DNA from: Candidatus Aegiribacteria sp.
GTDB taxonomy: Bacteria; Fermentibacterota; Fermentibacteria; Fermentibacterales; JCC-6
Direction: 5' to 3'
Length of the DNA: 64,000 bases
Assembly: GCA_023138735.1 (NCBI GenBank)
Contig: JAGLOY010000011.1
Span: forward strand, 40-64,039
The notes under the pieces were generated by a model. The model was not told the DNA's origin. It did no database searches and worked only from the letters and a program-made list of their open reading frames with translations. Made by a program: the position numbers and the translations under genes. Every line of letters starts with the position of its first letter. Position 1 is the first letter of the stretch. This document shows, one piece after another, positions 27,179 to 36,144 of this stretch.

Positions 27179-27976
27179 TTAAGTTCCGGTGTCTGTCCCC
27201 AAATGTTTATATATCTCGTAGAGAAGTATTGACGCGCTGACGGCGGCGTTAAGGGATTCCACTCCCCCGGTCATTCGTAATGCCACTGTTCCGCTGCAAT
27301 GCTTCGCTGTCTCTCCCAAAATTCCATGAGCTTCCGAACCTATTACCAGACCAAGGCATCCTTCAATCCCTCGAAGTCTGTCAATGTCCTCACCCGAGGG
27401 ATTGGCTCCGATAAATTCAATTGCGTTTGAATTACTCTGCATGAAAGCGACAAGATCCGTATCGAATACTATCGGTACGGTTGAGTTCAAGCCGGCCGCA
27501 GCCCGGGTAACCCTGGGAGCAAACGGACAGCAGCTGCCCCGTCCTGCGATAATCGCTTTGCATCCGAAAGCGGCAGCGGATCTTATTATAGTTCCCATGT
27601 TGCCGGGATCCGATATTCCGTCCAGCAGCAGGAAAACGCCCTCTCTCGGTATCCCTTCGATATTAACCGAAGGAAGAGGGCAGACGGCCGCAATTCCCTG
27701 TGAGGTCTTCGTGTCCGAAATATCGCTGAAAAGCTTGTCCGGTATCTCCATCACGGGGACATTCATTCCGTCAGCCTCCGTTGCCACGGTCTCGGACAGC
27801 CTGCCGGCACTATCGGATATCAGTATCCACCGGGGAGTTCCCCTCGAAAGGTAATCGGAGATGAACCGTGGACCCTCCATAATGAACAGTCCGTTTTTCA
27901 GAATGCCGGACCTTGAATGAAGGCTCCTTGCGATTTTCAGCCTGGTATTCGAAGGGCTGATGATCTTACCCCTCAT
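27179..27976 (-). CDS. TrmH/SpoU-family RNA 2'-O-methyltransferase (RlmB-like)
   Basis: SPOUT motifs are present: GNMGTIIRSAAAFG, VIGSEAHGI and SLNAAVSASILLYE. Confidence 0.88.
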   Translation of the reverse strand: MRGKIISPSNTRLKIARSLHSRSGILKNGLFIMEGPRFISDYLSRGTPRWILISDSAGRLSETVATEADGMNVPVMEIPDKLFSDISDTKTSQGIAAVCPLPSVNIEGIPREGVFLLLDGISDPGNMGTIIRSAAAFGCKAIIAGRGSCCPFAPRVTRAAAGLNSTVPIVFDTDLVAFMQSNSNAIEFIGANPSGEDIDRLRGIEGCLGLVIGSEAHGILGETAKHCSGTVALRMTGGVESLNAAVSASILLYEIYKHLGTDTGT

Positions 27977-27980
27977 ATTT

Positions 27981-28949
27981 TCACTTACTGAGTATTTCCC
28001 GGATTATAGTGTCGATATCGGCTACAGGTGATTTCCCGGTCAGGGTTCGAAGAAGAGACACGTCGGGCGCTCTTCTGCGCATATCCTCGAAGTCATCGGG
28101 ATATGCTTCTTCGTATGGAATCAGAATTATCTCTGAACTGGAGCCTGAAATTATCCTGACCTTCTCTGCAAGATCTCTAATTGATATTTCCCCGGTTGAT
28201 CCGATATTGATGACTTTGCCCACAGCATCAGGGTTCTCAATCAGAGAAACTATAGCCTCAGCTATCTCATAGACAAGGCTGAAGCATCTGGTCTGTTTGC
28301 CATCGCCGAACACAGTTATTGGTTTACCACTTACCGCCTGCTCAATGAACCTTGGAAGGACCATCCCATACCTTCCCGACTGACGGGGACCTACGGTATT
28401 GAAAAGCCTTCCGATCACAACAGGCAGCCCTTTGGCTTTCCAGTATGCCAGAGCAAGAAACTCATCAATCGCCTTGGAGCAGGCGTAACTCCATCTGCTT
28501 CGGCACGTAGCCCCAAGAACGATGTCCCCATCCTCGCGGAAAGGAATGTTTTCGCTTTTTCCGTAAATTTCGGAAGTTGACGCGATGAAAACAGGTGTAC
28601 CGCAGGATTCAGCAGCCATCAGTACGTTCTCGGTTCCCTTTACATTTGTTTCGATGGTTTCCACAGGCTGTCTTATGATGTTCTCCACTCCAACTGCGGC
28701 TGCCAGATGGATAATGGATCCGCACTGATGTGCCAGACCCTTTGTCAGAGATTCATCAAGAACGGAACCAATTACCAGCCTGAACTGGGGATTGCCGGAA
28801 CATCCATCCAGATTGGAAAGACTTCCCGTTGAGAGATCGTCAAGCACAAGAACACTTTTTCCTCTTGAAACAAGCAGTTCACAGAGGTGAGAACCAATGA
28901 ATCCAGCTCCACCTGTTACAAGGTAATCGTATTCTCTGGGTCCGGACAT
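27981..28949 (-). CDS. NAD-dependent sugar-nucleotide epimerase/dehydratase (SDR)
   Basis: It carries VTGGAGFIGSHLCE and YxxxK (YACSKAIDE). The start is taken at M49 of the tracked ORF, after an AGGAAA SD, which avoids overlap with the upstream gene. Confidence 0.88.
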   Translation of the reverse strand: MSGPREYDYLVTGGAGFIGSHLCELLVSRGKSVLVLDDLSTGSLSNLDGCSGNPQFRLVIGSVLDESLTKGLAHQCGSIIHLAAAVGVENIIRQPVETIETNVKGTENVLMAAESCGTPVFIASTSEIYGKSENIPFREDGDIVLGATCRSRWSYACSKAIDEFLALAYWKAKGLPVVIGRLFNTVGPRQSGRYGMVLPRFIEQAVSGKPITVFGDGKQTRCFSLVYEIAEAIVSLIENPDAVGKVINIGSTGEISIRDLAEKVRIISGSSSEIILIPYEEAYPDDFEDMRRRAPDVSLLRTLTGKSPVADIDTIIREILSK

Positions 28950-28962
28950 CTGATTTCCTTTC

Positions 28963-30171
28963 CTAGTGTGGTACAATGCTGAGAAGAACTCCGGCAGCGA
29001 TGGCACTTCCGATAACTCCGGCGACATTAGGAGCCATTGCATGCATGAGAAGGTGGTTGTTCCTGTCATACTTCCTTCCCTCGATCTCCACAACCCTGGC
29101 GGAATCGGGAACTGCTGATACCCCTGCCGCCCCTATAAGAGGATTAATCTTGTTGTCTCCCTTGAGAAAAAGGTTCATGAACTTCGCGAAGAGAACTCCT
29201 CCGGCTGTGGCAATCGCAAAACTGATAGCTCCCAGTACGAAGATCTTCAGAGAATTCAGGGTCAGGAAATAAGTTGCCTGAGTACTGGTTCCCACAGCGA
29301 ATCCAAGAAGTATGACTACAATGTTATTAAGGCTTCCCTGTGCGCTTTTAGCCAGTCTGTCTGTTACTCCGCTTTCCTTCAGGAGATTTCCGAAAAACAG
29401 CATGCCAAGAAGAGCGATCGCTCCCGGTGCGATGAACGCCGTTATAAGGAAGGCGATTATGGGAAAAAGAATCTTCTCGGTCTGCGAAACCCGGCGGACT
29501 GGTTTCATCCTGCGCAGACGCTCTTCCTTTGTTGTAAGAAGCCTCATGATAGGAGGCTGTATAACAGGCACAAGCCCCATATAGGAATAGGCCGCGATCG
29601 CTATCACCCCAAGCAGGGCCGGGGACATCTGGCTGGCAACGAATATCGCGGTGGGACCGTCGGCACCTCCGATAATTCCAATGGCAGCAGCCTCCTGCAG
29701 AGTGAACCCGAGGAACAGCGATCCAAGCAGTGTAAGAAAGATGCCTATCTGGGCAGCTGCTCCGAGAAGCAGCAGTTTGGGGTTGGAGAGCAGGGCACTG
29801 AAATCGGTCATGGCCCCAATCCCAAGAAAGATCAGAGGAGGGAAAAGACCGCTCTTTACACCGAAATAGAACAGACCGAAGACGGACTGCTGTCCGCCTA
29901 GAACATCCTGATAACCGATCGGCATAAGCTCGGGATTGTATGGAATATTGCCGGCGATTATACCGAATCCGATAGGCACAAGGAGAAGAGGCTCGTAATT
30001 CTTTTTAATGGCCAGGTAAATCATTACAAGGCCGAGAATTATCATTACGATATTCCCTATCTCCACCTGGCCGAATCCGGTATCATCCAGGTACGACAGC
30101 AGGTCCAGTTGCTGGCTGTGGCCCTGGAGGCTTCCGGTGATCCACATGATGAGTTTGGAGGAAAAGGTCAT
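28963..30171 (-). CDS. mmdB: Na+-translocating decarboxylase beta subunit (OadB/MmdB/GcdB family)
   Basis: The 402-aa polytopic membrane protein has family-typical segments (IGIIGGADGPTAIF, GAAGVSAVP). It sits in an operon with the carboxyltransferase, biotin carrier and OadG-like subunits. Confidence 0.88.
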   Translation of the reverse strand: MTFSSKLIMWITGSLQGHSQQLDLLSYLDDTGFGQVEIGNIVMIILGLVMIYLAIKKNYEPLLLVPIGFGIIAGNIPYNPELMPIGYQDVLGGQQSVFGLFYFGVKSGLFPPLIFLGIGAMTDFSALLSNPKLLLLGAAAQIGIFLTLLGSLFLGFTLQEAAAIGIIGGADGPTAIFVASQMSPALLGVIAIAAYSYMGLVPVIQPPIMRLLTTKEERLRRMKPVRRVSQTEKILFPIIAFLITAFIAPGAIALLGMLFFGNLLKESGVTDRLAKSAQGSLNNIVVILLGFAVGTSTQATYFLTLNSLKIFVLGAISFAIATAGGVLFAKFMNLFLKGDNKINPLIGAAGVSAVPDSARVVEIEGRKYDRNNHLLMHAMAPNVAGVIGSAIAAGVLLSIVPH

Positions 30172-30174
30172 TTA

Positions 30175-30615
30175 TCAGCCTCCGACTTTCATGATGACCG
30201 CATTTTCAAGGATGCTCTCACCTTCGGATGCGAGAATTTCACCAACCTTCCCCGAGAGGGGTGACTCTATCTCGTTTTCCATCTTCATCGCTTCCATTAT
30301 AGCAACAGGCTGTCCCTTTTTAACATCGTCACCCTCTTTTACCAGGATCTTCAGGATAAGTCCGGGTAAAGGTGCTATTACGTCTCCGGGTCCGGCTGCA
30401 GTGCCCGGGGGGAATGTTCTATCGGGGACCTCAGCGGGATTATGAACCTGTCGATGCCTGTTTATAACAGGGGTTTTCGATGACTTTCTCATCGGGGCTT
30501 CAACCTTGATACGGTAGGTTTTGCCGTCGAGAGTCACATCCACCGTGTCATCAAGTATTCTTCCTAAATCAACAGTGTAAGTTCTGTCGTTGATCGTTAT
30601 TTTGTACTCAGGCAT
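30175..30615 (-). CDS. mmdC: Biotin carboxyl carrier subunit of the decarboxylase
   Basis: The biotinylation motif is EAMKMENEI. The start is taken at the internal ATG ([10 protein letters not shown]), overlapping the upstream stop by 8 nt. Confidence 0.85.
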   Translation of the reverse strand: MPEYKITINDRTYTVDLGRILDDTVDVTLDGKTYRIKVEAPMRKSSKTPVINRHRQVHNPAEVPDRTFPPGTAAGPGDVIAPLPGLILKILVKEGDDVKKGQPVAIMEAMKMENEIESPLSGKVGEILASEGESILENAVIMKVGG

Positions 30616-31027
30616 TCGGGCGACTCCTGACTCTGTTCTGCAGCGATCCTGACTCCTGAATATGCTCAGCCCTTCCAGCAAGCTTCCATGGAGTATAGGG
30701 CTTGTCATGAGCTTCCCAGGTCAGTTTCATATTCTCCACCTGATCAAGAAGGCAGAAGTGAGCATGAATCGCCGAAGTTACCGCAGCTACTTCCTCCGGG
30801 GTCATGGTTTTACTATCCTGCTGTGAAAGAGATGATCTATTCTTTGCTCTCCGGTTCAGACCGAACCTGTCTTTAATCCACCTCTCAAGGACGGGGAGCA
30901 TAAAGGCAAGAAGGACAAGCCCTGTGAATACGGTTGTCATTCCAACAAGGGCTATTCCAAAGCCCCCTTCAATATCAGCGGTACTGAATTGGATTATCGA
31001 GAGGATCACCGCTCCTGCCAAACTCAT
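30608..31027 (-). CDS. mmdD: OadG-like small membrane subunit of the decarboxylase (delta/gamma)
   Basis: A single N-terminal TM segment reads [27 protein letters not shown], typical of OadG. Operon context supports the call. Confidence 0.7.
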   Translation of the reverse strand: MSLAGAVILSIIQFSTADIEGGFGIALVGMTTVFTGLVLLAFMLPVLERWIKDRFGLNRRAKNRSSLSQQDSKTMTPEEVAAVTSAIHAHFCLLDQVENMKLTWEAHDKPYTPWKLAGRAEHIQESGSLQNRVRSRPNA

Positions 31028-32574
31028 AACGGGATATTCCCATGCTTTTTGGGAGGCATCGTCTGCCTTTTCCCTGCAAGCATTTCAAGCGCCTTGATAA
31101 TACGGAACCTCGTATTTGACGCTATTATCACATCATCAAGATAACCTCTTGAAGCTGCGTCGTAAGGATTTGCGAATTTTTCCCGGTATTGGTCTACCAG
31201 CTCCTTTTTTCTGGCATCGGGATCCTTTGCCTCGTCTATATCACGCCTGAAAATGATCTCAACGGCCCCTTCGGGTCCCATCACTGCTATCTCAGCAGTG
31301 GGCCAGGCGTAGTTTATATCCGCTCTGATATGCTTTGAACTCATCACATCGTATGCGCCGCCGTACGCTTTTCTGATTATCACTGTAATCTTGGGCACTG
31401 TAGCTTCGGCATAGGCAAAAAGAAGCTTCGCTCCGTTCCTGATAATTCCGCCGTACTCCTGCGCCGTTCCAGGCATGAAACCGGGCACGTCCACAAGGGT
31501 TATCACAGGGATATTGAATGCGTCACAGAAACGGACAAAACGGGCAGCCTTTACAGAAGCGTCGTTGTCCAGAACCCCTGCAAGGTAGGAGGGCTGGTTC
31601 GCGACCAATCCAACTGAATTACCGTTCATCCTTGCGAATCCCACAACAATATTGGGAGCGAAGGCACGCTGAATCTCAAGAAATTCACCGTTGTCCACGA
31701 TGGCTTCAATTATAGTTCGTATCTCGTAAGGCTTGTTGGGATTGTCAGGCACGAACTCGTCCAGCCACATTTCCATCCTGTCAGGCGGATCAGTGCAGGA
31801 TACCCTTATGGGATCCTCCATATTGTTCTGCGGCATGTAACTGATGAGCTTTCTAATGATAAGAAGAGCTTCTCTCTCGTCTTCGCAGACAAGGCTGCAT
31901 ACACCGCTTCGTTTGCTGTGAATACCAGGGCCGCCAAGCTGTTCTTTCGTGACATCTTCACCTGTAACAGCTTTAACAACCGTAGGACCGGTAACGAACA
32001 TGTAGCTTATACCTTTAACCATTATCGTGAAATCGGTTATGGCAGGGCTGTAGACGGCTCCTCCTGCGCAGGGACCCAGTATGGCTGAAATCTGCGGTAT
32101 AACGCCGGAATAGAGTACGTTCTTCAGGAAGATCTTGCCGTACCCGGCAAGGCTCTCGATCCCTTCCTGTATCCTCGCCCCTCCGGAATCGTTAAGCCCG
32201 ATGAGGGGAGCGCCGTTCATGGCAGCCATATCCATGATCTTCAATATCTTCTCAGCGAAGGTTTCCGAAAGGCTTCCTCCGAATACAGTAAAATCATGTG
32301 AAAAGACGTAAACGTGCCTGCCGTCTATTGTTCCATAACCGGTGACCACGCCATCACCAGGGATCTTCTTCTTATCCAGCCCGAAGCTTGTAGCCCTGTG
32401 GGTAACAAGCATATCAAATTCTTCAAAACTCTCGTCATCGAGAAGAAGATCTATTCTTTCTCTTGCTGTCAGCTTACCTTTTTGATGCTGTTTCTCGATC
32501 TTTTGCTCACCGCCACCCGCAAATGCCTTTTCTCTGAGGGCATGGAGTTTATCGGCTTTTTCAAGAGAACTCAT
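31024..32574 (-). CDS. mmdA: Methylmalonyl-CoA decarboxylase alpha subunit / acyl-CoA carboxyltransferase
   Basis: The carboxyltransferase family sequence includes [22 protein letters not shown] and [14 protein letters not shown]. The start is taken at [11 protein letters not shown], right after the mce stop. Confidence 0.9.
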   Translation of the reverse strand: MSSLEKADKLHALREKAFAGGGEQKIEKQHQKGKLTARERIDLLLDDESFEEFDMLVTHRATSFGLDKKKIPGDGVVTGYGTIDGRHVYVFSHDFTVFGGSLSETFAEKILKIMDMAAMNGAPLIGLNDSGGARIQEGIESLAGYGKIFLKNVLYSGVIPQISAILGPCAGGAVYSPAITDFTIMVKGISYMFVTGPTVVKAVTGEDVTKEQLGGPGIHSKRSGVCSLVCEDEREALLIIRKLISYMPQNNMEDPIRVSCTDPPDRMEMWLDEFVPDNPNKPYEIRTIIEAIVDNGEFLEIQRAFAPNIVVGFARMNGNSVGLVANQPSYLAGVLDNDASVKAARFVRFCDAFNIPVITLVDVPGFMPGTAQEYGGIIRNGAKLLFAYAEATVPKITVIIRKAYGGAYDVMSSKHIRADINYAWPTAEIAVMGPEGAVEIIFRRDIDEAKDPDARKKELVDQYREKFANPYDAASRGYLDDVIIASNTRFRIIKALEMLAGKRQTMPPKKHGNIPL

Positions 32575-32575
32575 C

Positions 32576-33004
32576 TTAGTTTTCCTTTTCAGGTTTCGGA
32601 TGTTCACACAATTCGGTCAGAACCTTACCGCTTGCAGCGGGATGGATGAAGGCTATTGCAGTTCCTCCCGCCCCGTCCCGAGGAGTGTCGTCTATCATTC
32701 TTACTCCCTTGCGCTTCATTGAATCTATTTCCTCTTCAGCGCTGTCGACCGAGTAAGCGATATGGTGTATTCCCTGCCCGCGTTTCTCAATTGCCTTCGC
32801 GATAGGACTATCCTCCGAAGTCGGCTCAAGGAGCTCTATTCTTGATTCCCCAACGCTGAACATCCCAACGCGAACCTTCTGTGAGGGTACTTCCTCTATC
32901 CCCAGGAAAGTCAATCCCAGGTTATCCCGGTAGAACGGCATTGACTCTTCAAGGCTCTTGACTGCAATACCGATGTGATCAATCCCTTTTACACTCATTC
33001 TCAT
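32576..33004 (-). CDS. mce: Methylmalonyl-CoA epimerase (VOC fold)
   Basis: The 142-aa ORF carries [13 protein letters not shown]...IELLEP...GIHHIAY and has the matching operon context. Confidence 0.88.
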   Translation of the reverse strand: MRMSVKGIDHIGIAVKSLEESMPFYRDNLGLTFLGIEEVPSQKVRVGMFSVGESRIELLEPTSEDSPIAKAIEKRGQGIHHIAYSVDSAEEEIDSMKRKGVRMIDDTPRDGAGGTAIAFIHPAASGKVLTELCEHPKPEKEN

Positions 33005-34031
33005 TCTCCCGTTTATTATTATGAAATCCGGAGAGCATTTCGCCTATCCAATAGGGAGTTGTCCTCCCCTCAAGAATAGATTCAATTGTCTCCTCAATAC
33101 TGCCGTACCTGTCCAGAAGCAGTTTTTGAGCAAGTTCCCTGCCCTTCTCCCGTACAATACTGTTGAGTAACAGCGCAGTCCTTCTATGTGCGGTGGCCTT
33201 CCGCCCGGCTCCCGAAGAAGTACAGCTGCCAATAGCATCCGTAAGTTCTGCAATACCTTCCCCGGTCTGAGCGGAACACCTGATAACAGGGGGCCTGTCA
33301 GCCTGGTCGGGAATGAGTTCAAGGCTTGCGTTCACTGACATTTCCAATTGTTCTATACCGGATCTGTCAGCCTTGTTAAGAACTAAAATGTCCCCTATCT
33401 CCATGATCCCCGCCTTCATGGTCTGCACTTCGTCACCCAGGCCGGGCACAAGAACCAGAAGAGTTATGTCCGCAAGGGATGCAATTTCAACCTCCGCCTG
33501 ACCAACCCCCATGGTTTCAACAAGTACCGGGTCATATGATGCTGCGGCAAGAACTTCAAGGGCATCTCTCGTGGTTCCGGAAAGCCCTCCAAGGTGACCT
33601 CTGTTAGCGGCGCTTCGGATAAACACTCCCGGGTCCGAAGCGTGCTCCTGCATCCTGACCCTGTCCCCCAGAAGGGCTCCCCCGGAGAAGGGAGAGGACG
33701 GGTCAACAGCAATTACGCCGACTCTATTTTTGTGCCGTCTATAGTACGATATAAGGCGGTTTGTAAGCGTACTCTTCCCTGCTCCAGGGGGACCGGTAAT
33801 ACCGATGGTAAGGGATGACCGCTGCGGATTGTAGAGGGAATGCAGTATCGAAGGAGCAAGAGGGTGGCCGTTCTCTACCATAGAAAGAACTCTCGCCAGT
33901 CCACGCTGGTCGAAACTCCGTACTTTACGCACGAAATGATCTGCCTCACTGGAAAGCAAGTCTACCTCCGGTCCGGCTGCTTCCACGGGTGGTTCAGCGG
34001 GTCTGGATTTCCTGCTCAATGAAATCCACAA
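32979..34031 (-). CDS. meaB: Methylmalonyl-CoA mutase-associated G-protein chaperone MeaB/ArgK
   Basis: P-loop [12 protein letters not shown], plus VETMGVGQ and NKAD. The start is uncertain: ATG at 34031 overlaps the upstream gene by 38 nt, and GTG at 33986 is an alternative. Confidence 0.88.
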   Translation of the reverse strand: MWISLSRKSRPAEPPVEAAGPEVDLLSSEADHFVRKVRSFDQRGLARVLSMVENGHPLAPSILHSLYNPQRSSLTIGITGPPGAGKSTLTNRLISYYRRHKNRVGVIAVDPSSPFSGGALLGDRVRMQEHASDPGVFIRSAANRGHLGGLSGTTRDALEVLAAASYDPVLVETMGVGQAEVEIASLADITLLVLVPGLGDEVQTMKAGIMEIGDILVLNKADRSGIEQLEMSVNASLELIPDQADRPPVIRCSAQTGEGIAELTDAIGSCTSSGAGRKATAHRRTALLLNSIVREKGRELAQKLLLDRYGSIEETIESILEGRTTPYWIGEMLSGFHNNKRENENECKRD

Positions 34032-34392
34032 CTTCGGTTGCGGGGGTTCCCGGTGTGAATATGGCTTTAAACCCCGCTTCTTTCAGACCGGGGATATCCT
34101 CCTCCGGGATAACACCGCCGCCAAAAAGGACTATATCCGAGCCGCCCTTCGATGCAAGAAGCGCTGCCACTTCAGGGAAGAGGTGATTATGGGCCCCGGA
34201 AAGAAGGGAGAGGCCTACAAAATCAACATCCTCTTGGATAGCCGCGTTGGCTATTGCCTCTGGTGTCTGGCGTATCCCGGTATAGATGACTTCCATACCG
34301 GCGTCTCTCAGGGCTCTTGCTATATATTTGGCTCCCCGGTCGTGTCCGTCGAGACCGGGTTTTCCTATCAGTACTCTTATTTTGCGATCCAT
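33994..34392 (-). CDS. Methylmalonyl-CoA mutase small subunit (cobalamin-binding domain only)
   Basis: The 132-aa ORF has the B12-binding DxHxxG motif ([13 protein letters not shown]). No catalytic TIM-barrel subunit gene is adjacent. Confidence 0.88.
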   Translation of the reverse strand: MDRKIRVLIGKPGLDGHDRGAKYIARALRDAGMEVIYTGIRQTPEAIANAAIQEDVDFVGLSLLSGAHNHLFPEVAALLASKGGSDIVLFGGGVIPEEDIPGLKEAGFKAIFTPGTPATEVVDFIEQEIQTR

Positions 34393-34573
34393 TGCCGCCT
34401 CCGGTTATTCTTAATGCGTCAATCCTGCTGGTTCGCAGCGGGAGACCCTGTCAATCAGTTTTCAAATTGCCTTCGTTTTGCCTTCATCCAAACACTTCCC
34501 GAAAGCTCTTTCAATCACCATAATATAATGTCTTTATTTTGTATGCATAACATAAAAATATGGAGGTACTGGT

Positions 34574-35035
34574 TTGAAAAATGTCCTTACTGTTTTGTTT
34601 GTACTGACAGCGGTTTCATTCGCAGAGGTAAGTGGCGATATAGTTCAGGGATACCTTGATCAGATCGGAGAAGATCTGATCTACGAAAGAGCTGAAGACG
34701 AATTCATGCTGCTGGCGGAAACAGAGGATGAAACCCAGATCCCCTATATGTATATTCTTGCGGACCCGGAGATGGAGGGGTGTCTTCTTGTTGCTCTTAC
34801 TCCTGGTGTAGTGCCCGAGTCCGGAGCCGAAAGAACTGCTGCTCTTGAAGTTGTTTCGCAGCTTAACTGGAACAATACATGGGTCAAGTTCGCAATAGAT
34901 CCTGAATCGGGGGATGTATCGGCAATGTACACATTCTCCACGGAGAACGGACTTGGTTACGAGTCCTTTGCTGTAATGCTCAACCTCTTGCTGGGTACTG
35001 TAGATGAAAATTGGGATACGCTTCTAGCTATCTGA
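34574..35035 (+). CDS. Secreted hypothetical protein (possibly YbjN-like fold)
   Basis: TTG start 8 nt after GGAGG. The signal peptide is MKNVLTVLFVLTAVSFA. The fold suggestion is weak and comes from sequence feel only. Confidence 0.5.
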   Translation: MKNVLTVLFVLTAVSFAEVSGDIVQGYLDQIGEDLIYERAEDEFMLLAETEDETQIPYMYILADPEMEGCLLVALTPGVVPESGAERTAALEVVSQLNWNNTWVKFAIDPESGDVSAMYTFSTENGLGYESFAVMLNLLLGTVDENWDTLLAI

Positions 35036-35059
35036 TTTCCTGCAACAGAGGGGAACCTG

Positions 35060-36100
35060 ATGTTCGGCAATATAGCCATATGCTGCGGTAGGGCCAGCCA
35101 GACTCTCGGATTACGTATATGTGAAATCCTTGGGATTGAACCTGAGCCTGTGGATTTTGTACAGTTCTCCAACGGAAATCTTATGGTGAATTTTGTTGGA
35201 GAAACCGTTCGCGAAAAGGATGTTTTCGTGATACAGTCCGGAGAAAGATCCATCTTTCAGGACAGGGACGGGGCTTTCGGTACGGTTTCTGGTGATATTC
35301 TGGAACTGCTGCAGATGATCTACGCTCTCAAGGACAGCGCTGGAAGGATAACTGCGGTAACGCCCTATTTCCCATACGCAAGAAGCGACAAGAAAGATAA
35401 GCCCAGGATCGCCATAACCGCAAAGATGATGTTTGACATGCTTGAATCGGTTCAGGCTGATCGTGTTCTTACCATGACACTCCACTGTCCCCAGAGCCAG
35501 GGTTTCAGCAATATCCCGGTTGATCAGTTGCATGCTGACGAGGTTTTTCTTGACAAAATAGTCTCCTTCGGTACGGACAAGCTCGCCTTTCTTGCTCCCG
35601 ATTCGGGCAGCATCATGAACAACGATTTTCTTGCCATGCATGTAGCCCGATCCCTCAAGGATGCCGGTCGATCTCCGGATATCGAAACAGGTTACGTCAA
35701 GAAGGTCAGGCTTGACGACAGCGAAACACCGCACATTAAAACTGTCGAGGGTATAGACGACCTCACCGGTAGAACGGTCATCATGAACGATGACGAGACT
35801 CTTTCAGGCAAAAGCCTTGTCATGTCCGCCAAAATAGCGCTTGAACGCGGAGCGGAAGCGGTCTACGCTTTTGTTACTCACGGCATTCTGTCCTGCAATG
35901 CTGTCCTGAGGATTGAGGACAGTCCCCTTACGAAGCTGTACGTAACCGATACGGTCGAATTCGATACTGAGGCCGCCCAGAAAATTATAGGGGGTCCTGT
36001 CACTAAAATTGAAACGCTCTCCGTCGCAAGAATATTCGCTGAGGCCATAAAACGAACACATGAAGGTAAGAGCCTGAGTTCTCTATTCCTTGGGAAATAG
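35060..36100 (+). CDS. prs: Ribose-phosphate pyrophosphokinase
   Basis: It carries PYFPYARSDKKDKPR, a PRPP-binding loop region (VIMNDDETLSGKSL) and an N-terminal pattern typical of Prs. At 346 aa it is slightly long for the family. Confidence 0.88.
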   Translation: MFGNIAICCGRASQTLGLRICEILGIEPEPVDFVQFSNGNLMVNFVGETVREKDVFVIQSGERSIFQDRDGAFGTVSGDILELLQMIYALKDSAGRITAVTPYFPYARSDKKDKPRIAITAKMMFDMLESVQADRVLTMTLHCPQSQGFSNIPVDQLHADEVFLDKIVSFGTDKLAFLAPDSGSIMNNDFLAMHVARSLKDAGRSPDIETGYVKKVRLDDSETPHIKTVEGIDDLTGRTVIMNDDETLSGKSLVMSAKIALERGAEAVYAFVTHGILSCNAVLRIEDSPLTKLYVTDTVEFDTEAAQKIIGGPVTKIETLSVARIFAEAIKRTHEGKSLSSLFLGK

Positions 36101-36144
36101 AATCCTCCCGGTAACCCCTTTCTGAATAAATTGGAAAAGGTCAG

